From positions 70,528 through 134,527 of the forward strand of contig JADFYJ010000004.1 of NCBI GenBank assembly GCA_015233115.1: a stretch of DNA of 64,000 nt. The letters run 5' to 3'. The first letter of the stretch is position 1. Each line of letters begins with the position of its first letter. This DNA comes from Candidatus Omnitrophota bacterium (GTDB lineage: Bacteria > Omnitrophota > Gorgyraeia > Zapsychrales > Zapsychraceae). Below the pieces are notes generated by a model. The model was not told where the DNA came from and searched no databases. It saw nothing but the letters and a program-made list of their open reading frames with translations. The position numbers and the translations under genes were made by a program. Positions 47,072-57,541 of the stretch are shown here, in pieces.

Positions 47072-48823
47072 CTATTTCTTGACAAATATTTCTTCAATAT
47101 TATGAAACACCCCGCCAAACGCTGTTGGTTTTAAATTACCGAATTTGTTCCTGACAGCCGCTAATCGAGCATTTAAGACAGTGTAGATGAATGGTGCCTG
47201 ATCCGCAACGATTTCCTGATATTCGTCATATAAAACTTTACGTTTTTTTTGGTCTAATTCCTGGACACCCGCGTTAAATATTTCATCAATCCGCTTTTCC
47301 CATGCCGTGGCCGGTTCTTTTTGCGCGGGATACCACATGTGCAGCTGGCCAGACGACATCCAGACATTGTTACCGAAATGCGGATCACTGCCCCCTCCAG
47401 TCAAACCTAAAATAATAGCGTCCCAATCATAACTGCCCGTTAATTTACTGACCAAAGTATTAAATTCTAACAATTGAAAATTAACCTTCATGCCCAAAGA
47501 TTCCAAATCCCTGCGGATAATGCCCGCAATTTGAATACGCTCCGTTGCTCCGGAATTGGTGAATAAATTAAATTCAAGTTTATTACCGTCTGCATCTTGT
47601 AAAATACCATTATTATTTTTCGTAAATCCGGCTTTTTTTAAAATTTCAGCGGCTTGTTCCAAATTGAATTCATAATGTTGGACGTGGGGATTATAAAAAT
47701 CTTTCCGCGCCTCACTTATGGCAGAATATTGCTCATACCCTAAACCATTTAACACGATTTCCAAAATGCGTTTTTTATCAACAGCATAGGCAACAGCTCT
47801 GCGAAAATCAGGATTGGTAAACCATTTTAATTTATAAGCCGGAATACGCGTTTTTTGGGTCTGGGGGTCGACACTGATATTCTCATTGAACACTAAAAAA
47901 TTGGTGCCCATGTCCGGGCCCAGATCAAAGATCTTAAAATTACTGTGAGCCTCCTTCGCTTTTAGTAAGGGATAATCCGTGCCCTGCAAACCCACATAAT
48001 CAATCTCTCCATCCATAAATTTTAAAAGCATGGTATCCGTATTCTGCACTATCAAATAAATGATCCGGCTTAAATACGGCAATTTCTCTCCCTGAGCACC
48101 TTTCTTCCAATAATAGGGATTCCCCTCAAATACCAACCGTTCTCCCGGATGATATTCAGTTAAACGAAATGGGCCGGTCCCTACGATTTCTTGGGGAGGA
48201 GTATCAATCCCCCAGAAAAAATTAAATTTTTTATCTTGAACAGCTCGAGCCAGCTTATGCTTGGGAAGAATACTTTGTCCCATACTGTTTAGAAACGGGG
48301 CAAATTTTGTCGGCAGTGTAAACCGGACTGTATAATCGTCGATTTTTTCAACTTTAAATATTTTTTTTTCAATGGTAAACATGTCGCGGGAGGAACTGGG
48401 GATATCCGGATTATAGATCAAATCATTGAAGGTAAAAACCACATCATTGGCGGTAAAAGGCACGCCATCATTCCAGCGAACATCTTTACGCAGATAAAAG
48501 ATCCACTGCAACCCATCTTCTGTGACAGTCCAATGTTGGGCTAAATTCGGTCCAACGGAAAGATCAAATGGATTCGTACGCGTGAGACCTTCAAATATCA
48601 ATTCTGTCACATCACTAGTCGAAGTTTCTTTTGCTACGATATCATTGAATGATTTCGGATCACTGGTTGTTGCCATGACAAGCTGACCACCATACCGGGA
48701 TACGGGAACGCGGGAATTTTCAGCTGCACAAAGGGTAAAAGTTATAAGCCCTATCCCTAAGAAGATAAACCCAAATTTTGCAGAAACAAAATTTGCCCAG
48801 AGGGCCGACTGAGAAAATCTCAT
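47072..48823 (-). CDS. oppA: ABC transporter substrate-binding protein, family 5 (OppA/DppA-like)
   Basis: SBP_bac_5-like motifs (VRWNDGVPFTANDVVFT). I take the start at MRFSQSALWANF (signal peptide). The ORF tracker extends a further 55 codons upstream. Confidence 0.8.
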   Translation of the reverse strand: MRFSQSALWANFVSAKFGFIFLGIGLITFTLCAAENSRVPVSRYGGQLVMATTSDPKSFNDIVAKETSTSDVTELIFEGLTRTNPFDLSVGPNLAQHWTVTEDGLQWIFYLRKDVRWNDGVPFTANDVVFTFNDLIYNPDIPSSSRDMFTIEKKIFKVEKIDDYTVRFTLPTKFAPFLNSMGQSILPKHKLARAVQDKKFNFFWGIDTPPQEIVGTGPFRLTEYHPGERLVFEGNPYYWKKGAQGEKLPYLSRIIYLIVQNTDTMLLKFMDGEIDYVGLQGTDYPLLKAKEAHSNFKIFDLGPDMGTNFLVFNENISVDPQTQKTRIPAYKLKWFTNPDFRRAVAYAVDKKRILEIVLNGLGYEQYSAISEARKDFYNPHVQHYEFNLEQAAEILKKAGFTKNNNGILQDADGNKLEFNLFTNSGATERIQIAGIIRRDLESLGMKVNFQLLEFNTLVSKLTGSYDWDAIILGLTGGGSDPHFGNNVWMSSGQLHMWYPAQKEPATAWEKRIDEIFNAGVQELDQKKRKVLYDEYQEIVADQAPFIYTVLNARLAAVRNKFGNLKPTAFGGVFHNIEEIFVKK

Positions 48824-48997
48824 CGAGATTTTCTCGTGCTTGTCGGGGTTATCCCCAAGTTTGCATTGCCGTTTTTCATATATAAATAAACCATACCAAC
48901 TCACCATCAATGCAAAATTGGGGGCAAAAAAAGCCTTTAGAATTTTTTTAAAATTTTCTAAAGGCTTTATAGTTGCTCGTTTATTCACGAAAAAATA

Positions 48998-49432
48998 TTA
49001 TTTTGTTGGTTGCTTTGCCGGAACTGCGACTTTCCCATTCGTTTCAACCGGAACAGATCCCTGCTCTTGTTCTACAGGCACCAATGGTTTTTCTGCCGTA
49101 ACAGCTTTGCTCGGAGAAAGAGGAACCTGGACTGCTGAACCCGATGATTTTGCGCTTAAAGGCTTTTGAGTTTGAGCACGCTTGACTGATCCAGCCAACA
49201 AAGATCGCTCTTTGCGGGAAGAGAAAATAGTCAAAGTCAAGCTGGTAACCAAAAAAATCGTGGCAAATATGGTTGTTGCTTTAACTAATGATTCATTTGT
49301 TTTAGCGCCGAACAAAGATTCCATTTGTGAAAATCCCGCGGCTAAACCGCCGGATCTGCCAGCTTGTATCAAGACCACCGTAATGATCAAGACACAGGCC
49401 AAAGAATGAAGAAAAATCACTAAACCCATCAT
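48998..49432 (-). CDS. secG: Preprotein translocase subunit SecG with extended C-terminal tail
   Basis: VLIQAGRSGGLAAGFS...LFGAKT...LTKATTIFATIFLVTSLTL core. The extra ~50 aa at the C-terminus are P/K/V-rich. Confidence 0.8.
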   Translation of the reverse strand: MMGLVIFLHSLACVLIITVVLIQAGRSGGLAAGFSQMESLFGAKTNESLVKATTIFATIFLVTSLTLTIFSSRKERSLLAGSVKRAQTQKPLSAKSSGSAVQVPLSPSKAVTAEKPLVPVEQEQGSVPVETNGKVAVPAKQPTK

Positions 49433-49442
49433 AAAATTGTCC

Positions 49443-50207
49443 TTACTTTTTTACATTTGCGTTTTGAACAAGTGCGACAAATTGATCGCGTTTTAAACTC
49501 GCGCCGCCGACCAAAGCGCCGTCAATGTCCGGCTGGCTCATCAGTTCACGCGTGTTTTCCGGTTTAACACTGCCACCGTATTGAATACGGACAGTCTGCG
49601 CTGTTCCTTCATCATACAACTTCTTTAACAAATCGCGGATAAATTTATGAACTTCTTGTGCTTGATCCCCAGTAGCGGTTTTCCCCGTTCCAATGGCCCA
49701 TACAGGTTCATACGCGATAATAATTTTTTTCATCTCATCAGCGGTGTATCCGGCAAACGCGCCAGTCACTTGCGTTTTAATGACCTCAAAAGTTTTATTG
49801 CTTTCCCGTTCAGCCAAAACCTCACCCACGCAAACAATTGGAATCAAACCATGATTCAAGGCCGCTTTGATCTTTTTATTCACAGTCGCGTCAGTTTCAC
49901 CAAAAAATTGGCGTCGCTCTGAGTGACCAATAATTACGTATTGAACACCAGCGTCTTTGAGCATTAATCCGGAAACCTCACCCGTAAACGCGCCGGCATC
50001 TTCCCAATAAAGATCTTGTGCGCCGAGGCCGATGTTCGTTCCGGCCACGACATTACGCACGTCAGCTAAAGAAGTATACACCGGGCATACCACGACGTCC
50101 ACTTCTTTGGCTTGAGCTAAATCTTGTTTTAAACCATTAACCAATTCAACAGCTTCTTTAATCGTTTTATTTAATTTCCAGTTTCCAGCAATAATTATCT
50201 TGCGCAT
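49443..50207 (-). CDS. tpiA: Triose-phosphate isomerase
   Basis: IIAGNWKLNK, VIIGHSERR and AYEPVWAIGTG motifs. Confidence 0.92.
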   Translation of the reverse strand: MRKIIIAGNWKLNKTIKEAVELVNGLKQDLAQAKEVDVVVCPVYTSLADVRNVVAGTNIGLGAQDLYWEDAGAFTGEVSGLMLKDAGVQYVIIGHSERRQFFGETDATVNKKIKAALNHGLIPIVCVGEVLAERESNKTFEVIKTQVTGAFAGYTADEMKKIIIAYEPVWAIGTGKTATGDQAQEVHKFIRDLLKKLYDEGTAQTVRIQYGGSVKPENTRELMSQPDIDGALVGGASLKRDQFVALVQNANVKK

Positions 50208-50222
50208 TTTTTGATCCTCTCT

Positions 50223-50440
50223 TAAAAGTATGTAGTATGTGGTATGTCGTATGTAGTAAAAAAATTAAAAAAACGAATAATTTATTTACTGTATAAACGC
50301 CAACTCGCATCCAAGAAAATATTTGGTCTTTTTGTCTTATTAAATTTTCTTTTTGATTCTATATTTTTATACTTATTGCTTTTTCATTTTGTTTTTTCCA
50401 CATACCACATACGACATACTACATACCACACTAACAACAT
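50223..50440. repeat. Inverted pair of GTATGTRGTATG repeat blocks bracketing an AT-rich spacer of about 135 bp
   Basis: The left arm is 50223..50262 (gtatgtagtatgtggtatgtcgtatgtagta). The right arm is 50398..50440 (cataccacatacgacatactacataccacac), the reverse complement. The right arm overlaps the pgk 3' end. Confidence 0.75.
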
Positions 50441-51648
50441 GAACACGAACAGCATCCGCCAGCCGGTTTATTTGTTAAAGCTTCAATACCTGGTAAGGCT
50501 TGGCCTTCCAAATATTCCAATGAAGCGCCGCCGCCGGTTGAGATATGAGTCATTTTATCTTCCAAACCGAATTTTGCAACAGCCGCTGCAGAATCGCCTC
50601 CACCTATAATTGTAGTCACCCCTTTTAATGAAGCTAAACATTCAGCAATTGCTTTGGTCCCGCCCGCATAAGCGTCATTTTCAAATACGCCCATAGGTCC
50701 GTTCCACACAATCGTCTTGGCAGAAACAATAATTTTTTTAAATTTTTCAATAGTCTTGGGACCGATATCTATGGCTTCCCAATCATTATCAATATTGCCG
50801 GAAACATATTTTTTGGTTTCAGGCTTACCAAAATCCTGAACCACTAAATAATCTTCGCTGAGCTCAATCGTAACGCCGGCCGCTTTAGCTTTATCCAATA
50901 ACGCTTTAGCCAAATCCAATTTATCATTTTCACAAATCGATTTTCCAATATTAATGCCTTGCGCTTTTAAGAAAGTATACGCCATGCCTCCGCCGACAAT
51001 AATTTTGTTGGCCTTTTTCAAAAGATTTTCGATCAGCATAATTTTATCAGAAACTTTTTTCCCGCCCAAAATCACCACAAACGGCCTTTGCGGATTTTCT
51101 ACAGCCATGCCCAGATATTTCATTTCTTTTTCTAAAAGAAAACCCGCCGCGGATTTTAAGAAATGCGTAATCCCTTCGGTCGAAGCATGAGCGCGGTGAG
51201 CTGTCCCAAAAGCGTCATTCACATACACATCAGCCAAGTCAGCCAGTTTTTTTGAAAATTCAGGATCATTTTTGGTTTCTGCTTTATAAAAACGCAGATT
51301 TTCCAGCAAGACCACGGTTTCTGAACTGGACGCGATAGACGCTTTTACTTTATCGCCAACGCAATCATCCAACATCAAAACTTTCTGGCCCAATAATTTT
51401 TCCAGACGGGCAGCCACAGGTTTTAAGCTCATGGCAGGAACGACCTGGCCTTCAGGTCTGCCTAAATGGCTCATCAGAATTAACTTCGCGGGTTTTTGCT
51501 CCAAAATATATTTAATAGTAGGCAATGATTCCGTAATGCGGCGGTCATCCGTTATATTCAATTGTTCATCCAGAGGCACATTAAAATCGCAGCGGACAAT
51601 CACTTTTTTTCCCTTTAAATTTAAATCCTTCACAGTAAGTTTATTCAT
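50431..51648 (-). CDS. pgk: Phosphoglycerate kinase
   Basis: RCDFNVP, MSHLGRPEG, GGGASLE. The protein ends ...ALTNKPAGGCCSCSCC, with the last ~10 codons encoded by the flanking repeat block. Confidence 0.9.
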   Translation of the reverse strand: MNKLTVKDLNLKGKKVIVRCDFNVPLDEQLNITDDRRITESLPTIKYILEQKPAKLILMSHLGRPEGQVVPAMSLKPVAARLEKLLGQKVLMLDDCVGDKVKASIASSSETVVLLENLRFYKAETKNDPEFSKKLADLADVYVNDAFGTAHRAHASTEGITHFLKSAAGFLLEKEMKYLGMAVENPQRPFVVILGGKKVSDKIMLIENLLKKANKIIVGGGMAYTFLKAQGINIGKSICENDKLDLAKALLDKAKAAGVTIELSEDYLVVQDFGKPETKKYVSGNIDNDWEAIDIGPKTIEKFKKIIVSAKTIVWNGPMGVFENDAYAGGTKAIAECLASLKGVTTIIGGGDSAAAVAKFGLEDKMTHISTGGGASLEYLEGQALPGIEALTNKPAGGCCSCSCC

Positions 51649-51679
51649 GAATACCTGCCTTTATTTATAATTTTGATAG

Positions 51680-51755
51680 TAACAGTGTAACAGAGTAACA
51701 GAGTAACAGAGTAACAGAGTAACAGAGTAACAGAGTAACAAAGTAAAAAGCATAA
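51680..51755. repeat. GTAACAGA octamer tandem repeat, about 9 units
   Basis: Direct reading gives gtaacagtgtaacagagtaacagagtaacagagtaacagagtaacagagtaacagagtaacaaagtaaaaag. Confidence 0.85.
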
Positions 51756-51956
51756 AACAACAATTGATTAGAAAACGCCATGGCGTACCACAAGCCCATA
51801 TCTATAAAAATCAATGTATTATATATAAGTGAAGCGTTTTGTCAATATATCTAGAAATGGTGTCAGGCCTCGACCTGAAACGGCTTGTTCGAAATGAAAA
51901 ATCAGCGCCGATTATATACCGGCCGACAAAACACAGTCGAGTTCAGACACCTGTCA

Positions 51957-53040
<1,084 letters not shown>

Positions 53041-53048
53041 ACCATAAT

Positions 53049-53672
53049 TTATATATTTTTCACTCCGACAAACCAGCGATTTAATAACATTTGAAATGAA
53101 CCAGCCTGAACTTCTTTAAATCCCGCCTCTAATAATACCCGTTTAATCTCAGGCGTTTTTAAATTGGTCGCGTGTTCATCAATTTCTTCAGAGCTTAATA
53201 ATTTGATCGAAGCTAAAAAATTTAATAATGATTCGGTAAAATAACCAGGTGTGGTTAGCACTAAAACACCGCCAGGCTGTAATACCCGCCGGATTTCTTT
53301 TAAAATAGCCATAACAGCCGGACGTTCCAAGTGTTCAAAAACTGCCAGCATGCTGACCGCGTCGAAAAACTGATCAGGAAACGGCAGCTGGCCATTTTTC
53401 GAAATGTCCTGCTCGATAAAACGGAAACGGCCCTGATACATTTTTTCGTCTATCCGCTGACGGTCAATACCGTATTTTTCCGCAAAATCAGACACCAGCA
53501 AACAAATGGGATACTTGCCGCAGCCTATATCCAAAAATTTTTGATGCGGTCGTTTTAAAAACTTTTTAATACACTGTTTAGCTCTTTTGGTTCGCTGCAA
53601 AGAAAGAAAACGTTCTAAAACGCCTTCCCCCCGAGTTGCCCGGCCTTTAACAATATATTTAAAATTTTTCAT
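53049..53672 (-). CDS. Class I SAM-dependent methyltransferase
   Basis: Motif I FLDIGCGKYP, with VLQPGGVLVLTTP. Confidence 0.7.
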   Translation of the reverse strand: MKNFKYIVKGRATRGEGVLERFLSLQRTKRAKQCIKKFLKRPHQKFLDIGCGKYPICLLVSDFAEKYGIDRQRIDEKMYQGRFRFIEQDISKNGQLPFPDQFFDAVSMLAVFEHLERPAVMAILKEIRRVLQPGGVLVLTTPGYFTESLLNFLASIKLLSSEEIDEHATNLKTPEIKRVLLEAGFKEVQAGSFQMLLNRWFVGVKNI

Positions 53673-54718
53673 ACTACATCAATGAGCTGTTTATTTTGTT
53701 TAATCCATTCCACAATCTTCGCTGCCCCATCTTTGGGATTAACCCGAGGAGACCAGCCAAGGGTTGAAGATATCTTTTTAATATCCGAAACATAAATCTT
53801 CTGATCAAACCGCCGCCAATCCTCAAATTTCAGATCAACTTTATGCCCCGTGATCTGTTCAAGAATGCTGATCAATTCCAAAAGAGATAAAGTGTTTTCT
53901 TTGCCACCGCCGACATTAAATACTCCGAATTTTAAGTCGGAATCAATAAATTTCTGATACGCTTCAACCAGATCACCTACCCAAAGAACATCCCGCACCT
54001 GTTTTCCGCTTCCATAAATCGTGATTGGTTTTTTTTGCAAAAACCTAATCGCAAACCACGCTAGCCAGCCCTGATCTTCAAAGCCAAACTGCCGGGTTCC
54101 GTATATGCAACTCATACGAAAGACTGCGGTTTTAATGCCATAAGTATGCGCGAAATCCTGAACATATAAATCGCCGGCTAATTTAGAAACCCCGTAAGGT
54201 GTATGCCCGGTCTGATCAACGGATAAATTTTCATCAATGCCGGCAATAGAAGTAAAATCATAGCGCTGTTCCTTCTCGACAATTTCAAACCTATTCACAT
54301 TATCCCCGTAAACTTTATTTGTGGAACAATAAATCAGAACGCCTTCCGGTGAATAGTTTTTCATGCATTCCAAAACATTTAACGTGCCCCAGGCATTAAT
54401 CGAAAAATCTTCCTGCGGATCATTAAGCGAAAATTTCACCCCAGGCTGGCCAGCCGTATGAATAACGATCGAAGGTTTATATTTCTTAAAACACTCCTGC
54501 AGATCATTGATATGCCGAATATCTTTTCGAAGCAAAACGACATTAGGATATTGTTTCAAATATTCCCAATTGTATTCGACTGTTTTCTTTTCCGAACGAA
54601 AAATGCGGGAGCGCATCAAATTATCATAAACAATGACTGTGCCTTTTTGTTGGCGGGCAAAATACTCCGCGCAATGCGACCCCACCATCCCCGCTCCGCC
54701 GGTGATTAGTATATTCAT
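53669..54718 (-). CDS. NAD-dependent sugar-nucleotide epimerase/dehydratase (CDP-paratose 2-epimerase-like)
   Basis: MNILITGGAGMVGSH Rossmann and YGVSKLAGD catalytic YxxxK. Confidence 0.8.
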   Translation of the reverse strand: MNILITGGAGMVGSHCAEYFARQQKGTVIVYDNLMRSRIFRSEKKTVEYNWEYLKQYPNVVLLRKDIRHINDLQECFKKYKPSIVIHTAGQPGVKFSLNDPQEDFSINAWGTLNVLECMKNYSPEGVLIYCSTNKVYGDNVNRFEIVEKEQRYDFTSIAGIDENLSVDQTGHTPYGVSKLAGDLYVQDFAHTYGIKTAVFRMSCIYGTRQFGFEDQGWLAWFAIRFLQKKPITIYGSGKQVRDVLWVGDLVEAYQKFIDSDLKFGVFNVGGGKENTLSLLELISILEQITGHKVDLKFEDWRRFDQKIYVSDIKKISSTLGWSPRVNPKDGAAKIVEWIKQNKQLIDVV

Positions 54719-54722
54719 AAGT

Positions 54723-55085
54723 TTTTACCTCCAATAAAAGCGTGACAGTGTAACAGTGTGACAGTGTGACAATGTGAAAAACTAAAAATGATTAATAATA
54801 AACAATGAAAAAAATGTAACAAAACGACAATGTGACAATGTAAAAAATGGCGGCGAAACAATACGACAGAGTAACATTGTAAAAAATTTAAAAAATCCAG
54901 TAAAACCTAAAAAAGCATTAAAATAATTTATAAAAATTAATACAGAAAATTTCCTCACCTATCGAGTATCTATATTCTATGTCCTATTTCCAACCCCATT
55001 ACTTTTGCCAATCACTTCTCTACATGCCATTTCAGTATCGAATTTTCACTGCACATTGTCACACTGTCACATTGTTACATTGTCA
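54723..55085. repeat. Inverted pair of GTGACAGT/GTGACAAT repeat blocks bracketing an AT-rich spacer of about 280 bp
   Basis: The left arm is 54723..54880 (gtgacagtgtaacagtgtgacagtgtgacaatg ... gacaatgtgacaatg). The right arm is 55035..55085 (cattgtcacactgtcacattgttacattgtcacg). Confidence 0.75.
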
Positions 55086-56099
55086 CGTTTTTCCATGAGT
55101 CCCATAAAGTTCGCGTTCTACTTTTTGCATATCCGCGTCGACCATCATTTTCACTAATTGCTTAAAATTGACCTTAGGTTTCCACTTTAATATCTTGTTC
55201 GCTTTGGACGCGTCTCCTAACAAAAAATCCACTTCAGTCGGCCGGAAATATCTGGGATCAATTTCAACATGTTTTTTCCAATTTAACCCCGCGCATGAAA
55301 AAGCTTCTTCCAAAAACTCCTTCACAGAATGAGTCTCTCCGGTCGCGATCACATAATCATCCGGTTTATTCTGCTGGAGCATCTTCCACATGGCTTCCAC
55401 ATAATCGCCGGCAAAACCCCAATCCCTTTTCGCGTCTAAATTACCCAAAAACAATTTATCCTGGATCCCATGTTTGATTTTAGCTAAAGCGATCGTAATC
55501 TTACGGGTCACAAAAGTCTCACCGCGACGGGGAGATTCATGATTGAATAAAATGCCGTTACACGCGAACATTTTATATGCTTCGCGATAATTGACCGTCA
55601 TCCAATATGAATACACTTTTGCCGCCGCGTAAGGACTGCGCGGGTAAAATGGCGTGTTTTCATTTTGAGCTTTTTTCGAAGCATTGCCAAACATCTCTGA
55701 GCTGGACGCCTGATAAAATTTCGTCTTAATCCCTGTCTCGCGGATCGCTTCCAACAAACGGGTCGTGCCTAATCCTGTGATTTCTCCCGTATATTCCGGA
55801 ATATCAAAGCTTACCCTAACATGACTTTGCGCGGCTAAATTATAAATCTCATCCGGTTTAACAGTTTTGATGATCTGATTCAAAGAACTCGCATCATTCA
55901 AATCACCGTATATCAAACGCAAACGGACTGCTTTTTCATGCGGATCCTGGTAAAGATGATCAATCCGCACCGTATTAAACGTACTCGCCCTCCGGATCAA
56001 ACCATAAACTTCATATCCCTTATCCAAAAGAAATTCACCTAAATAAGAACCATCCTGACCAGTAATCCCAGTGATCAATGCTTTTTTCTTTTGAGCCAT
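55083..56099 (-). CDS. gmd: GDP-mannose 4,6-dehydratase
   Basis: [21 protein letters not shown] signature. YAAAKVY catalytic motif. Confidence 0.9.
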   Translation of the reverse strand: MAQKKKALITGITGQDGSYLGEFLLDKGYEVYGLIRRASTFNTVRIDHLYQDPHEKAVRLRLIYGDLNDASSLNQIIKTVKPDEIYNLAAQSHVRVSFDIPEYTGEITGLGTTRLLEAIRETGIKTKFYQASSSEMFGNASKKAQNENTPFYPRSPYAAAKVYSYWMTVNYREAYKMFACNGILFNHESPRRGETFVTRKITIALAKIKHGIQDKLFLGNLDAKRDWGFAGDYVEAMWKMLQQNKPDDYVIATGETHSVKEFLEEAFSCAGLNWKKHVEIDPRYFRPTEVDFLLGDASKANKILKWKPKVNFKQLVKMMVDADMQKVERELYGTHGKT

Positions 56100-56134
56100 A
56101 AAAAGTCCTCAATATAGTGACAGATCTCACTAAA

Positions 56135-56230
56135 ATTTATTGATGGTTGATAGTTCATGGTTTTTGGTTTTTGGAAAAAACGAATAATTTCACCAACCAA
56201 CAACTAAAAACCAACAACCAATAACTTTAT
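56135..56230. repeat. Inverted pair of GGTTTTTGG / CCAACAACTAAAAACCAACAACC repeat blocks
   Basis: Direct reading shows this. Confidence 0.7.
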
Positions 56231-56239
56231 TTTACAAAA

Positions 56240-57541
56240 TCAGACACCAGAAACCTTGTTTTTACCACCTTTATCATTTTTTATAAGCATCACAGCCATA
56301 CCTAAGCCCATCATGTACCACCATAGCCGGGCTAATGGTAAACTATAAAAATCCACATCCACGAAACTATGCATAAAAAACGCGGCGAGGCCTGAAAATA
56401 TTCCCATACCCAACACAAATAGCTCATGATCTTCATCATACAAAATCCGCAAACGATGTAAAAAATTTTTAAAATAAATAATGACCAGTCCTAGAAAAGC
56501 CGTGAAACCCATGATACCGATTTCAACCAGCATTTGCACATAACAATTATGGGCGTAAGTTAAAAAATAACTATGATCCCTCCGATACGATTGAAAATTC
56601 CGCATATACGTGTTGACCCCAAACCCTAAAAGCGGACGTTCATGAACCATTTTGAAAGAATCTTCCCACATCTTAATACGATGCATACCAGTATTCGCTT
56701 CCCAAAAATGTTTTTTCGCAAAATCAAATTCAGAAACAAAAACCCCGGCGACAATGAGTACCGTCAGCAATAAAAAAAATATTCTTTTGGAGCACATCCG
56801 CCCCACGGTTAAAACCGGAACAGCAAATCCCGCCAAGACAACAGCAAAAACCAACGCCAGCCAAGCCCCGCGCGAAAGGGTTAAAATGAACCCCCATAAT
56901 AAAATGATAATAACCGCTAATTTTAAAACAACTCGCCAACGCTTTTTAAAAAATAAGTAGGCAATAGCCGCGGGGATCGTAGTCGCTAAAAAAGCGCCTA
57001 AACTATTAGCAGACGGAAAAGTGGCGGAAACCTGTCCTGACGACGTTAAGGGCCGACCCACCAAAATATCTCTTTTAAGCCAATAAAATTGAACCAAACC
57101 GTCGACCGCTAAAACCAATGAAACAATCATCAATATTCTCATACCTTCCGCAATATCTTTTTTTTCCTTAAAAACATCGAGTATCAGAAAAAAAACCACA
57201 AACCATTCAAAAGCTTTTCCATAAAATCCTCTAATAGAAACCAGCGGCTGAACACCAAACACGCTGGCCAAAAAACAAATACTTAAAAAAGATCCGATTA
57301 ATAAGTTAACAGGTGTATGTACCGGACGGAATTCCTGGCCTGCCACGGCCAGCTGATCTTTAAGCGTCATCCCCCCGGTCAAAGAACGCTTCGCCATCAT
57401 CCCATGCTTGATCAACCACAAAAATAAACCAAATCCAATTGATGATTCCACTAACCCGTTGGAAACAGGGAGAGCGATCACCATAATATAAATCGCGCAT
57501 CTGATAGCAGAGTCTAAGTTGATATCAAGTTTAATAGGCAC
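56240..57541 (-). CDS. O-antigen ligase / Wzy-family polytopic membrane protein
   Basis: About 10 TM helices with a central Wzy_C-like block (LTLSRGAWLALVFAVVLAGF). Confidence 0.65.
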   Translation of the reverse strand: MPIKLDINLDSAIRCAIYIMVIALPVSNGLVESSIGFGLFLWLIKHGMMAKRSLTGGMTLKDQLAVAGQEFRPVHTPVNLLIGSFLSICFLASVFGVQPLVSIRGFYGKAFEWFVVFFLILDVFKEKKDIAEGMRILMIVSLVLAVDGLVQFYWLKRDILVGRPLTSSGQVSATFPSANSLGAFLATTIPAAIAYLFFKKRWRVVLKLAVIIILLWGFILTLSRGAWLALVFAVVLAGFAVPVLTVGRMCSKRIFFLLLTVLIVAGVFVSEFDFAKKHFWEANTGMHRIKMWEDSFKMVHERPLLGFGVNTYMRNFQSYRRDHSYFLTYAHNCYVQMLVEIGIMGFTAFLGLVIIYFKNFLHRLRILYDEDHELFVLGMGIFSGLAAFFMHSFVDVDFYSLPLARLWWYMMGLGMAVMLIKNDKGGKNKVSGV

